Positions 25,144 through 33,542 of a stretch of DNA of 64,000 nt are shown piece after piece; the stretch's first letter is position 1; every line of letters begins with the position of its first letter. A program made the position numbers and the translations under genes. Source of the DNA: an uncultured Verrucomicrobiae bacterium (GTDB lineage Bacteria; Verrucomicrobiota; Verrucomicrobiia; Opitutales; JABDGR01). The notes under the pieces are model-generated. The model saw only the letters and a list, made by a program, of their open reading frames with translations. It had not been told where the DNA came from and did no database searches. The stretch covers positions 320,001 to 384,000 of the forward strand of contig CAVXVB010000008.1 of NCBI GenBank assembly GCA_963765205.1, read 5' to 3'.

Positions 25144-25425
25144 TTATGCCCCGCTCGCGCTGGCGCGCGGTTCCGGGGTGACAGGCTGGCCGACAAGAGC
25201 CTGGTTGACGAGGGTGGCCACGTCCGCCATGCGATAGCGGACACAACGCGCGGAAAACCGCACGGAAGGCAAAAGACCGCGCTTTTCCAAAGCCAAGACG
25301 GTTCGCCCGCAAACGCCAAGCGAAGCGGCGGCTTCCCGGCGGCTAATGAGTTTTTCGCCCGCAACGGAGTCGGGCGTGGAGGATGGCCCGCCGTGGCGCG
25401 TGAGTTGTGATAATTGGTGAGTCAT
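25144..25425 (-). CDS. Excisionase/MerR-like HTH DNA-binding protein
   Basis: LISRREAAASLGVCGRTV..LEKRGLLPSVRF..RCVRYRMADV. Confidence 0.8.
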   Translation of the reverse strand: MTHQLSQLTRHGGPSSTPDSVAGEKLISRREAAASLGVCGRTVLALEKRGLLPSVRFSARCVRYRMADVATLVNQALVGQPVTPEPRASASGA

Positions 25426-25465
25426 GGGATACGTTTTAGAGTATCCCTGAATCAATGAGAATTAT

Positions 25466-26044
25466 CTAAGCGTGACGATTTACAGATTTATTGTCACGGT
25501 TTGCGTGCAATAACGCCCGACGGCGTTTTTCCTCTTCTGCTTGTCGCAAGACTTCTCTTAGCTGGGGCAGTTTCTGGCGTAATTCTTTACGGGCCTTACG
25601 AACGTCTCCTTTTGTGACTTCGTAACCCCATTTGCCAAGTGCTTCAATTATGTCGGCTGCGCTGGGTTCAACGGTTCTGTCTAATTTCGCACCTACTTTA
25701 TCCCGCAACAAACCAAATTGGAAACTTTGCAAATATGCACGGATGAGGCCGACTTTGTTAATTTTACCATCCTCTGTTTTCAGCATTTTATTCACTTCTT
25801 TGCGTGCAAGAAACAGCGCATTAAGCACCACGTCAAAATCCTTCGCATTGAAATAGCGGTCAATTTCATCTCGGTAGGATTTTGCTGTTATCAGTGCAGG
25901 ATGACAGGCAATTTGAACAACCAACCCCACCAAGCCGTCAGGCCAGCCCTCTTTCGGCGCTGACAGACTTTTATTCAGCTTATCAATTATCGGTTGCTGA
26001 ATGAAGAAACCGTGCTGACGTGGAATTGGTTGTGGCCTACTCAT
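25466..26044 (-). CDS. Hypothetical protein, translationally coupled to integrase
   Basis: 192-aa AT-rich ORF, ATGA overlap with the integrase stop. Confidence 0.65.
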   Translation of the reverse strand: MSRPQPIPRQHGFFIQQPIIDKLNKSLSAPKEGWPDGLVGLVVQIACHPALITAKSYRDEIDRYFNAKDFDVVLNALFLARKEVNKMLKTEDGKINKVGLIRAYLQSFQFGLLRDKVGAKLDRTVEPSAADIIEALGKWGYEVTKGDVRKARKELRQKLPQLREVLRQAEEEKRRRALLHANRDNKSVNRHA

Positions 26045-27168
26045 TTTGCGCCGCCTTGCGCCAACGCGGGCGCGGTTCCTTCCATGTCCACCGTAGGGCG
26101 TTCAAGAAGGGCGGCATAATGAGATTCCGTGACGGTGACGGTGGAATGGCCCAGCAATTCTTTGGCGGCATAGAGGCCAAACTGGGACGCGACAATTGCG
26201 CCGTAGGCTTTCCGCAACTCATGCACCGGCTTGGGGGCGGTGATGCCGTGCGCGCGGAGCCAATCGGCCAAGCCTTCAAAGACGGTGCGGGCGCGGCGCT
26301 CCGGCTTGTCCCGGCCCGGCGTGAGGCCGTCAGGGACAACGTAGGGGCCAAGGCTGGATACGGCGCGCACTTCCGCCAGCACGCCGGGCGGGAGGGGAAC
26401 AAAGCGGTGACGGCCCGACTTGGTTTCGTGTTCGTCGCGCGAGGTGCAAAGCACGCCGTTTTCCAACAGGTCTTCCTTGCGGAGCCATGCGGCTTCTTGC
26501 TGGCGCAACCCGGCACAGAGGCAGAGCAGGAACGCCGCCCATTGGCCGGGTTCTTTTTCGGGCAACTCTCTGCGGGCGGCTTCAATCAATTCGCGGACAA
26601 ATTGCACCGAGTAACCGCGAAATGGCTCCGGCGGCGGGGCGTAGGGGATGCCCGCCTTAAAGGGCGTCTCCCCCACCGTCAGGCCGCGCGTGCGGTAAAA
26701 GACAAGGGCGGACTCTGAAAACACGGCGGATGCCTGCCGGACAATGCTGGCAACACTCCGGCGCGAAAGGGCTTTGACGGCGGGCAGGCGGGGGAAATTG
26801 CCGATCTTGGCGGCAAGGTCTTCCACCGTGTCCACATTCAGGCGGTTGGAAAGCATTTTGAGCCAGCCGATATTTTCGCGGATAGTGCGCGGTCGGAGCG
26901 GGCGCGGGCGCTCGGTATTCATCTCTCGGTATAGCTCTATGACGCGCGCCAAGGGCGTGCGCTTGCCCGGCAAGGTGGGTTTGACCTTCTCCCAGGGTTC
27001 GTTGCGCAGCTTGCGCTCTAAGTGCTTGGCGCGTTGCGTGGCGGCGGCTTTGTTGGGCGTGCCCAGCCCTTTGACGATGCGTTTGCCGCCAATGCGAAAC
27101 TCCACGGCGAAGTTGGGGCTTTCACCAGTGAGGCCGTTGCGGGTGTATTTTGGTTTGAATAAATACAT
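26041..27168 (-). CDS. Tyrosine recombinase/integrase
   Basis: Catalytic set GLR, TKS, HELRK, LLGHS, SHY; start uncertain (27168 or 27246). Confidence 0.92.
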   Translation of the reverse strand: MYLFKPKYTRNGLTGESPNFAVEFRIGGKRIVKGLGTPNKAAATQRAKHLERKLRNEPWEKVKPTLPGKRTPLARVIELYREMNTERPRPLRPRTIRENIGWLKMLSNRLNVDTVEDLAAKIGNFPRLPAVKALSRRSVASIVRQASAVFSESALVFYRTRGLTVGETPFKAGIPYAPPPEPFRGYSVQFVRELIEAARRELPEKEPGQWAAFLLCLCAGLRQQEAAWLRKEDLLENGVLCTSRDEHETKSGRHRFVPLPPGVLAEVRAVSSLGPYVVPDGLTPGRDKPERRARTVFEGLADWLRAHGITAPKPVHELRKAYGAIVASQFGLYAAKELLGHSTVTVTESHYAALLERPTVDMEGTAPALAQGGAK

Positions 27169-27361
27169 GGCTAAGGGTGGTAGAGGGTGAATCAGGTTTG
27201 CCGTGCTTATGTAATTGCTTATGGCAGGATTCCGGCTCCGGTTCAATACCTATTTTTCACAATCTTTCACGATGAAGTTTGGATTTCTGCTATGGAATTG
27301 CGGCGATTATCGCGCAAAGAAGGCCATAACGTGGAAAGGTAGAAAAGGCGGAATACATGAA

Positions 27362-27410
27362 TCGAAATCAGGTGTTGGCGAAAGTCCACCGGGGGTTCGA
27401 ATCTCCGCCA
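27362..27410 (+). repeat. att direct repeat: damaged 3' half of tRNA-Ser
   Basis: Matches 21737-21793 with one substitution and an 8-nt deletion (CCTCCCTC). Confidence 0.92.
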
Positions 27411-27469
27411 CCCAGGAAAATCCAGGCCGACAGAGGACATCGGAAAGTTTTTTTGGCGGAGCGAAGGGT

Positions 27470-27506
27470 GCCCGCCGTAGTCCCGCTGCGCGGGACGAAG
27501 GAGGGC
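27470..27506. repeat. CCGTAG...CGAAGGAGGG hairpin upstream of GIY-YIG gene
   Basis: GCCCGCCGTAGTCCCG-CTGCG-CGGGACGAAGGAGGGC; related copy at 29340-29367 on the minus strand. Confidence 0.6.
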
Positions 27507-27550
27507 GTGCTTGGCCTTGCCTGCTCCTCTGATTGCTGTAATATTTCGCC

Positions 27551-27790
27551 ATGTTCCACGTTTACCGATTGACCAGCATTCCCTTTCCCCAACGGCATTA
27601 TATCGGCTTTACCACGGACTTGCGCCAGTGGCTTGAGGAACACAATGCAGGAAAGAACATTTCCACGAAGCCCTTTGCCCCCTGGGCGCTTGATTTTTAT
27701 GCCGCGCTCCAGGACAAGACCAAAGCTTGCGCCTTCGAGCGTTACCTGAAAACCGGCTCTGGCTCGGCTTTTGGCCATAAGCGATTGTGG
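27551..27790 (+). pseudogene. Small GIY-YIG nuclease, probably degenerate
   Basis: VYRL...HYIGFTTDL..WL.EHN...FERYLKTGSG; conserved Arg replaced by Trp; ORF runs on to 28138 into trmL. Confidence 0.7.
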
Positions 27791-27800
27791 TCGCCCGTCC

Positions 27801-28373
27801 TCAGTTCTTTGGCGCGGCTGTGCGCCTCGAAGCGCTTCGAAACACGTTCCGGATCGTGCCTTGTGGCGCGAAGTGGGGCGTGTTCGTCCGGCAACCCTCG
27901 CCTCGCTTGCTCCCACTGGGGCGCAATTGGCGCAGGGCCTCATAAACGCCAATGCCGGCGGCGGTTGAAAGATTCAACGAGCGCAAGGCGGGGTCGGGTT
28001 GCGGGATGCGGACGCGGCGCGCGTCACCCGCCCAATCATGCAGCCAGGCCGGCGCGCCGGAGCTTTCGTTGCCAAAGAGGAGGCCGTCTTCGTCGGCATA
28101 GGGCACGTCCCAGAAGGTTTGCGTGGCGTGAGTGGTAAAGAGCCAGAGGCGTTTTGGCCCACGGTCGCTTTGCTGGAAGGCGGCCCAGTCGGCGTGATGA
28201 ACGAGGTCGAGCGATTTCCAGTAATCCATGCCGCTGCGCTTGAGATGCCGGTCGGTGATACGAAATCCGAGCGGATGAATCAAATGCAGGCGCGAGCGCG
28301 TCAGCGCGCAGACGCGGCCGATGTTGCCGGTGTTCTGCGGGATTTCGGGCTGGAACAAAACGATATGTAACAT
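27801..28373 (-). CDS. trmL: tRNA (cytidine/uridine34-2'-O)-methyltransferase
   Basis: PEIPQNTGNI.R.C, RSGMDYW, FGNESSG, RSLNLS; C-terminus appears extended. Confidence 0.92.
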   Translation of the reverse strand: MLHIVLFQPEIPQNTGNIGRVCALTRSRLHLIHPLGFRITDRHLKRSGMDYWKSLDLVHHADWAAFQQSDRGPKRLWLFTTHATQTFWDVPYADEDGLLFGNESSGAPAWLHDWAGDARRVRIPQPDPALRSLNLSTAAGIGVYEALRQLRPSGSKRGEGCRTNTPHFAPQGTIRNVFRSASRRTAAPKN

Positions 28374-28382
28374 TGCGCCTAA

Positions 28383-28462
28383 TTCACCGCAAAAACGTCA
28401 AGAGCGCAAAGGAGGATTATTTTAGAATTAGTTCTTAGCGACCTTCGCGACTTTGCGGTGAA
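28383..28462. repeat. ~80-bp miniature inverted element with 9-nt periodic arms
   Basis: TTCACCGCAAA...TTTGCGGTGAA; sister copy at 63467-63547. Confidence 0.75.
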
Positions 28463-28468
28463 AAGTTT

Positions 28469-28942
28469 TTATTTCCACGCCCGGATGGTGCGTTGGGCTT
28501 CGCGCAGTTCGGCTTTGCGGCGGAGGGTCTCGCGCTTGTCGGCGTGGTTCTTGCCTTTGCAGAGGGCGATTTCGGCCTTGGCGAGGCCTTCCTTGAAATA
28601 GATGCGCAGGGGGATGACAGTCATACCCTGCATTTCGGCGGCGGCTTTGATCTTGATGATTTCGTTGGCGTGCAGCAGGAGTTTGCGCGGGCGGCGCGGC
28701 GGGTGGTTGTGGATGTTACCGAGAGTGTATTCGGCGATGTGCGCGTGGTGCATCACCGGCGCGCCGTTTTCGATGCGCACAAAGGCGTCGGCCAACTGGG
28801 CCTGGCCCTGGCGGAGGGACTTCATTTCCGTGCCGCGCAGGACGATGCCGGCCTCAAAGCGCTCGCCCACGTGGTAGAGGTGGAAGGCCTTGGCGTTGCG
28901 GATTTCCGTGAAGCGGGTGGAGTCTTTGGGCGCGGCGGACAT
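28469..28942 (-). CDS. smpB: SsrA-binding protein
   Basis: N.KA.H.Y...EAGIVLRGTEMKSLR, RKLLLH, KGK..ADKRE. Confidence 0.95.
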   Translation of the reverse strand: MSAAPKDSTRFTEIRNAKAFHLYHVGERFEAGIVLRGTEMKSLRQGQAQLADAFVRIENGAPVMHHAHIAEYTLGNIHNHPPRRPRKLLLHANEIIKIKAAAEMQGMTVIPLRIYFKEGLAKAEIALCKGKNHADKRETLRRKAELREAQRTIRAWK

Positions 28943-29025
28943 GGTGATGGGCGGGCCGGATTGCCCTGGCCGGGCGCCGGCGGGCGGCCACCGCATCCCC
29001 CCACTCCGGCGGAGCGCGGCGCGAC

Positions 29026-29244
29026 TTACCGGTCTTTGGGTTCGATGCCGTCCCAGAGTTCGTAGTCAATCTTGCCCTCGATGACCTCGCGCAGGGCGAT
29101 GTCCTCCGGCTCCAGCTTTTCGAGCGATTCCACGAGGGGCTTCATGCCGAATTTAAGCTGTTTGACCCGGCGCGACACCACGTTGATGAGGATGTTCGGG
29201 TCGGTGATGACCTTCTGGGCTTCTTTTAGGTATTCGTCTCTCAA
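29026..29244 (-). CDS. rpoZ: RNA polymerase omega subunit
   Basis: LINVVSRRVKQL...PLV...DIALREVIEGKI. Confidence 0.8.
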   Translation of the reverse strand: MRDEYLKEAQKVITDPNILINVVSRRVKQLKFGMKPLVESLEKLEPEDIALREVIEGKIDYELWDGIEPKDR

Positions 29245-29429
29245 GGGTTTCTCCTGGTGGTGATGATAGGTGGGCCGCCGGTGAGGGCGAAAGGGGTCAC
29301 AATGAAGAGCGGCGGGGGGCTTGGCAACCTCCTTTTTGGGCCCTCCTACGCCAAGGCTACGGAGGGCTGGCGGTTAACCACCCCGGGCGGAGTGGGGGGG
29401 GCGGCGGCGTTGTGGGAAGTAGGGGGGGT

Positions 29430-29755
29430 GCTGATTGCTGAATTCGGAATGCGGAGTTCGGAATTCTGAGTGCGGAATAGCGGGCAGTGTGTGTGGGGGG
29501 GATTTTTGAATGCTGATTTCTGATTGCTGAATAAGGAATGCGGAATGGAGGCTGCCATGGATTGCGGGGAAGCCGAAGGAGCCGGGAGAGGGACGGGTGA
29601 AATGGTGGCGGGAGTATAAGCTAAATGGGGCGGGCGCGCAAATGCTCGGTTGGCTGCGTTGGATCGGTTGGCTGGGTTTGATGCGTTGGAAGGAGGAGGG
29701 AAGTGTGGAGGGTGAAGTGTGGAGTGCGGAGTTCGGAATTCGGAGTGCGGAGTAA
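29430..29755. repeat. Cluster of degenerate heptamer arrays (AGTGCGG/AATTCGG/AATGCTG)
   Basis: 7-nt periodicity at about 29433-29482, 29506-29547 and 29702-29750; similar array at 30910-30957. Confidence 0.8.
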
Positions 29756-29842
29756 AGGTTGGGAGCGGGGGAAGCACGGGGACAGCATTGAATGATCGAG
29801 GCAAGAAGGTGCAGCCTCAGCCTGACCAACTCTGACCCCCTC

Positions 29843-30769
29843 TCATTTCCTTTTGATGGCATAAATAGTAGCGATTACTAACACTACTGCCAACAGTCCA
29901 TACCAAGGGTTAAACCAAAAAGCTGACACTGGCACTTGTGGCGAGCTCGATGAGCTTTCGGAAGGAATTGATGAAGGGCTGAAGCCAGTTGGGGTTGTGC
30001 TGCTGAGCGCACCAGAGGCGCTTGGCTGTTTTGATGTAGTTGTTTGCATTGTGCCTGAGGCCAATTGGTCCCGAGCTTGCAAGGCCTGACTTCTATAATA
30101 ATTGGTGTCATGTTCAGGAATAGACGGAGAGTGCGGAATCCGCGGCGGTGGATCCATGGAAACATTCTCGTAGCCCGGCGGTGGCTTGATCGGTTCCGTT
30201 AAAAACTTCATCGTCTCATCAGGATGGGGCCAGATGATAGTGGCCATAACTTCCGCTCGTGCGTCTTGCATGGAGGGAACAAGCTGAAGCCTAACCTGGA
30301 CTTCAATACCGTTTATTGTGGCATCACCTGCCCATCCAAGAGTTTTGCGACCAGGACTATCGAGCGCTTTGATATAATCGTCCAAACGATTTGTGGCGAT
30401 ACCGATAGATTGACAGATTTTCTTTGCTTGCTGGGCGGCATCTTCCAGTGGCTCAGATTCGCAGAATGCATCAAAACTGCTGAGCTCATTCCCCGCAAGT
30501 ACGGAAATATCAACATTTCCTACAATTATGCCCATACTCACATTTCCAGGAAGAATTATTTTAAGATTCTCGTTGCCAAGCTCGCAATGCATATTCTCCA
30601 ATCCTTGTAAATGCCAGGGCCTTAACCCAGCATCAAAAATTGCCTTTAGATTACTGCTCTGACTAAAATCTATTGTGCGAACAACATCGCTTTCCGTTGC
30701 AGCCGTCAACCATTGCGGCCATAAGATAATTCCCGCAAGAAGAATTAAAATCTGCCTAAAATAATTCAT
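29843..30769 (-). CDS. AT-rich exported protein with Ser/Thr linker and C-terminal TM anchor
   Basis: Signal peptide, S/T-rich stretch, YGLLAVVLVIATIYAIKRK tail. Confidence 0.75.
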   Translation of the reverse strand: MNYFRQILILLAGIILWPQWLTAATESDVVRTIDFSQSSNLKAIFDAGLRPWHLQGLENMHCELGNENLKIILPGNVSMGIIVGNVDISVLAGNELSSFDAFCESEPLEDAAQQAKKICQSIGIATNRLDDYIKALDSPGRKTLGWAGDATINGIEVQVRLQLVPSMQDARAEVMATIIWPHPDETMKFLTEPIKPPPGYENVSMDPPPRIPHSPSIPEHDTNYYRSQALQARDQLASGTMQTTTSKQPSASGALSSTTPTGFSPSSIPSESSSSSPQVPVSAFWFNPWYGLLAVVLVIATIYAIKRK

Positions 30770-30965
30770 GTGATGGGTGCAAGAGAGGGTCAGGCTGCGG
30801 CTTCTTACCTAAATTTTGAGAGAATGGATCAAGTTTTGGGCGGGAGGGAGGGTGGAAATGAATTTGGCCTGGTAGGTAGGGCGGAGCGAGGCAAAATTGG
30901 GGGGGCGGGGATTGTTGATTTCTGAATGCTGAATTCTGAGTGCGGAGTGCGGAATATGGGGGCGC

Positions 30966-31205
30966 TTATAACGACTTGAGGATGGCGTCCCGGTCAACGT
31001 GTTTGGCTTGGGCCACCGCGCGGAGGATGCCGTGGAGAGTGCCCAGGCGCAGCGGCGCGTGGTCGGGCACGGAGAGGCGGTGAGGCGCGGGCGCGTCCGT
31101 TTGCAGGATGATGTGGCTGCCGACTTGATGCACCGGCCGGTAGCCCCAGTGCCGGCATAGCGCCTTGACCAGGTCGCGACCGTTGATATCGCGCGGCAGT
31201 TTCAT
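30966..31205 (-). CDS. HicA-family toxin
   Basis: MKLPRDING.DLVKAL..., HQVGSHI.L, VPDH..LRLGTL..IL. Confidence 0.85.
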   Translation of the reverse strand: MKLPRDINGRDLVKALCRHWGYRPVHQVGSHIILQTDAPAPHRLSVPDHAPLRLGTLHGILRAVAQAKHVDRDAILKSL

Positions 31206-31405
31206 GCCAGCACTTCGTCACGCACCAAGTGCAGGCGCACGCGCGCCGGGGCGGTTTGATCGAAATAGAACGCCGCCACCGCTTCCTTGACATTGGCCCG
31301 CAACTGCTCCCAGGTATCCGCCTCGGTGAAGATGCCCTCGCCGAGGGCTTCGGCAACGTAGCCGCCGTCCGCCTCCTGGGTGACCTCGAAAATGATTTCG
31401 TGCAT
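31202..31405 (-). CDS. HicB-like antitoxin (short form)
   Basis: EIIFEV..EADGGYVA.A....IFTEADTWEQLRANVKEAV. Confidence 0.82.
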   Translation of the reverse strand: MHEIIFEVTQEADGGYVAEALGEGIFTEADTWEQLRANVKEAVAAFYFDQTAPARVRLHLVRDEVLA

Positions 31406-31441
31406 GACGGCAGGTTAGCGGCCGGCGGCGCTGCAAGCAAG

Positions 31442-31562
31442 CCTGTCTTGCAAAAGGTAGCGGTATAGTTTGGCTATGCAGCCAGCCCTTTTGTAGCGCG
31501 GGCTAAAGCACTGCGCTACGAAGAAAGTGATCCTTCAATTTATACCACTACCTTGCAACAGG
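31442..31562. repeat. ~120-bp inverted-repeat element enclosing a GTAG hairpin
   Basis: AGGTAGCGGTATA versus TATACCACTACCT arms; inner GTAGCGC...GCGCTAC at 31493-31519. Confidence 0.6.
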
Positions 31563-31581
31563 CGGGGTTGTTCCCGCGGGC

Positions 31582-33198
31582 TTACCCGCCCCAGGCGGGG
31601 CGGTAGCTGCCACGGCGTTGCTGGAAGTAGGAGCGGGTGCCGGGGCGGGCCGGGGGGCGGTCGCTGCGGGCGGCGGGCGTGTTGCGCGCGGGGGTGCCGA
31701 CGGAGGCGTGGAGGCGGGCGTGGGCGGGTGCGTGGGCGCGGGCGTGGCTGGGGGCGTGGGCCGGGGGCGGTGCAGAGTGGGCCGGGGCGTGGGGGCGTTC
31801 GGGGGCTTGAGAGCGTTCGGGCGATGGGGTGTGGACGGCGCGCGCCGGGGGCTGGTGGGCTGCGGCGGGGCGATGCGAGGTTTCCGGGCGGCGTTCCTGG
31901 CGATGTTCCGCACGGTGCGAGGAATCTTCGCGGCGGCGTTCCGAACGATGGGCGAAGCGCGGTTCTGGCCGGTGTTCGGCTCGGTGTTCCGATCGCGGTT
32001 CAGCGCGGTGGGTTGGCGCGCCGGCGGTTTCCGCGCGAGCGGAGGAATTCGCCTGATGCACGGGGATGTTCTGGCGGATGAGGCGTTGAATGCCGCGCAG
32101 GTAATTGCGTTCGCTGTGGTCGCAGAAGGAGAGCGCGAGGCCGGCGGCGCCGGCGCGGGCCGTGCGGCCGATGCGGTGGACGTAGGCTTCGGGTTCGTTC
32201 GGGATGTCGTAGTTGATGACGAGGGCGATGCCTTTCACGTCAATGCCGCGCGCGGCGACATCGGTGGCGACGAGGACGCGGACGCGGCCGGAGCGGAAGG
32301 TTTCGAGGGCGTTCTGGCGGGCGGACTGGGATTTGTTGCCGTGGATTTCGCCGGCGGGGAAGCCGTCGCGCGTGAGGTTGCGGGCGAGTTTTTTCGCGCC
32401 GTGCTTGGTGCGGGTGAAAGCGAGGACGAGGCCTTCGGAATGTTCGCCGAGAATTTGGCGGATGAGGGGATATTTGTCGCCTTGGTTGACTTGGTAAACG
32501 CGCTGGGTGACGCGGTCCACCGTGGGGGCCTCGGGGGTCATTTCGACGCGGACGGGGTGGTCGAGGATGCGGGCGGCGAGGTCGAGGATGCTGGAGGGCA
32601 TGGTCGCCGAAAAGAGGAGCGACTGGCGTTCCTCGGGGAGTTTGGCAAGGATGCGTTTCACGTCGGGCGCGAAGCCCATGTCGAGCATGCGGTCGGCTTC
32701 ATCGAGGACAAAAATTTCGACGTGGTCGAAGCGGACGTGGCCTTGCTGGGCGAGGTCGAGGAGGCGGCCGGGCGTGGCGATGGCGATGTCGCAGCCGTGG
32801 TGGAGCGCGTATACCTGGGGTTGCTGGCCGACACCGCCGTAAATGACGACGTGGCGCATTTTGAGATATTTGCCGTAGGCGGTGAAGCTGGCGCCGATTT
32901 GCACGGCGAGTTCGCGCGTGGGCGTGAGGATGAGGGTGCGGGGCGAGCGGGGCACGCGGGGGAGCAGGCTGGCGGAGAGGCGTTGCAAAATCGGCAGCGC
33001 GAAGGCGGCGGTTTTGCCGGTGCCGGTTTGCGCGGAACCCATCAAGTCGCGGCCGGCGAGCAGGTGCGGAATGGCCTCGGCCTGGATGGGCGAGGGGTGT
33101 GTGTATTTCTTTTCGGTGAGCGCGCGCAGGAGCGGCTCGGCGAGGCCCAATTGGGCAAAGGTGCTGGCGGGGGCCAACGCGGGTGGGTGCTGAGTCAT
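31582..33198 (-). CDS. DEAD-box RNA helicase (RhlE-like)
   Basis: AQTGTGKT, PTRELA, TPGRLLD, DEAD, SAT, HRIGRTAR. Confidence 0.95.
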   Translation of the reverse strand: MTQHPPALAPASTFAQLGLAEPLLRALTEKKYTHPSPIQAEAIPHLLAGRDLMGSAQTGTGKTAAFALPILQRLSASLLPRVPRSPRTLILTPTRELAVQIGASFTAYGKYLKMRHVVIYGGVGQQPQVYALHHGCDIAIATPGRLLDLAQQGHVRFDHVEIFVLDEADRMLDMGFAPDVKRILAKLPEERQSLLFSATMPSSILDLAARILDHPVRVEMTPEAPTVDRVTQRVYQVNQGDKYPLIRQILGEHSEGLVLAFTRTKHGAKKLARNLTRDGFPAGEIHGNKSQSARQNALETFRSGRVRVLVATDVAARGIDVKGIALVINYDIPNEPEAYVHRIGRTARAGAAGLALSFCDHSERNYLRGIQRLIRQNIPVHQANSSARAETAGAPTHRAEPRSEHRAEHRPEPRFAHRSERRREDSSHRAEHRQERRPETSHRPAAAHQPPARAVHTPSPERSQAPERPHAPAHSAPPPAHAPSHARAHAPAHARLHASVGTPARNTPAARSDRPPARPGTRSYFQQRRGSYRPAWGG

Positions 33199-33468
33199 GG
33201 AGAGGTGGGCAGGCGAAAGCAGGGATGCTTTCCGTGGGGCCGCCGCAAAAATCGCGGAGGCAACGGGCCTGAGCTAACTGAAGTTCCGAGTGGATGAGGG
33301 ACCGCCAAAGGCCACTTCTCGGAGAGATGCCCGCAGGGTTCTGAACGCCATGAATACCGGAGTGAACCCAGTGAACCAACGCTCGATGAAGGGGTGACTA
33401 TTGCAGACGGCGGGGAAAAAGCAAGGATAAATCGGCGGCGGGGTAAATTTGCTGAGCGACGCCGAAGC

Positions 33469-33538
33469 GGGCGCAGCAAGACTGCGCCACTACAAAAACG
33501 CGCTGTTCCAAATGTAGGGGCGCAGTCTTGCTGCGCCC
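33469..33538. repeat. Inverted REP pair (REPIN-like)
   Basis: GGGCGCAGCAAGACTGCGCCACTACA ... TGTAGGGGCGCAGTCTTGCTGCGCCC. Confidence 0.8.
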
Positions 33539-33542
33539 TCGC

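Larger units (their letters stand above)
21737..27410. mobile_element. Small integrative element in tRNA-Ser
   Basis: tRNA 3' half repeated at 27362-27410; tyrosine integrase, excisionase-like HTH and XRE genes inside; lower-GC segments. Confidence 0.9.

Noticed and set aside
27362..27410. Second tRNA gene
   Set aside because: Lacks the 5' half and has an 8-nt deletion; it is an att repeat.
29430..29760. CRISPR array
   Set aside because: Units are 7-nt tandem repeats without unique spacers, and no cas genes are visible in the window.
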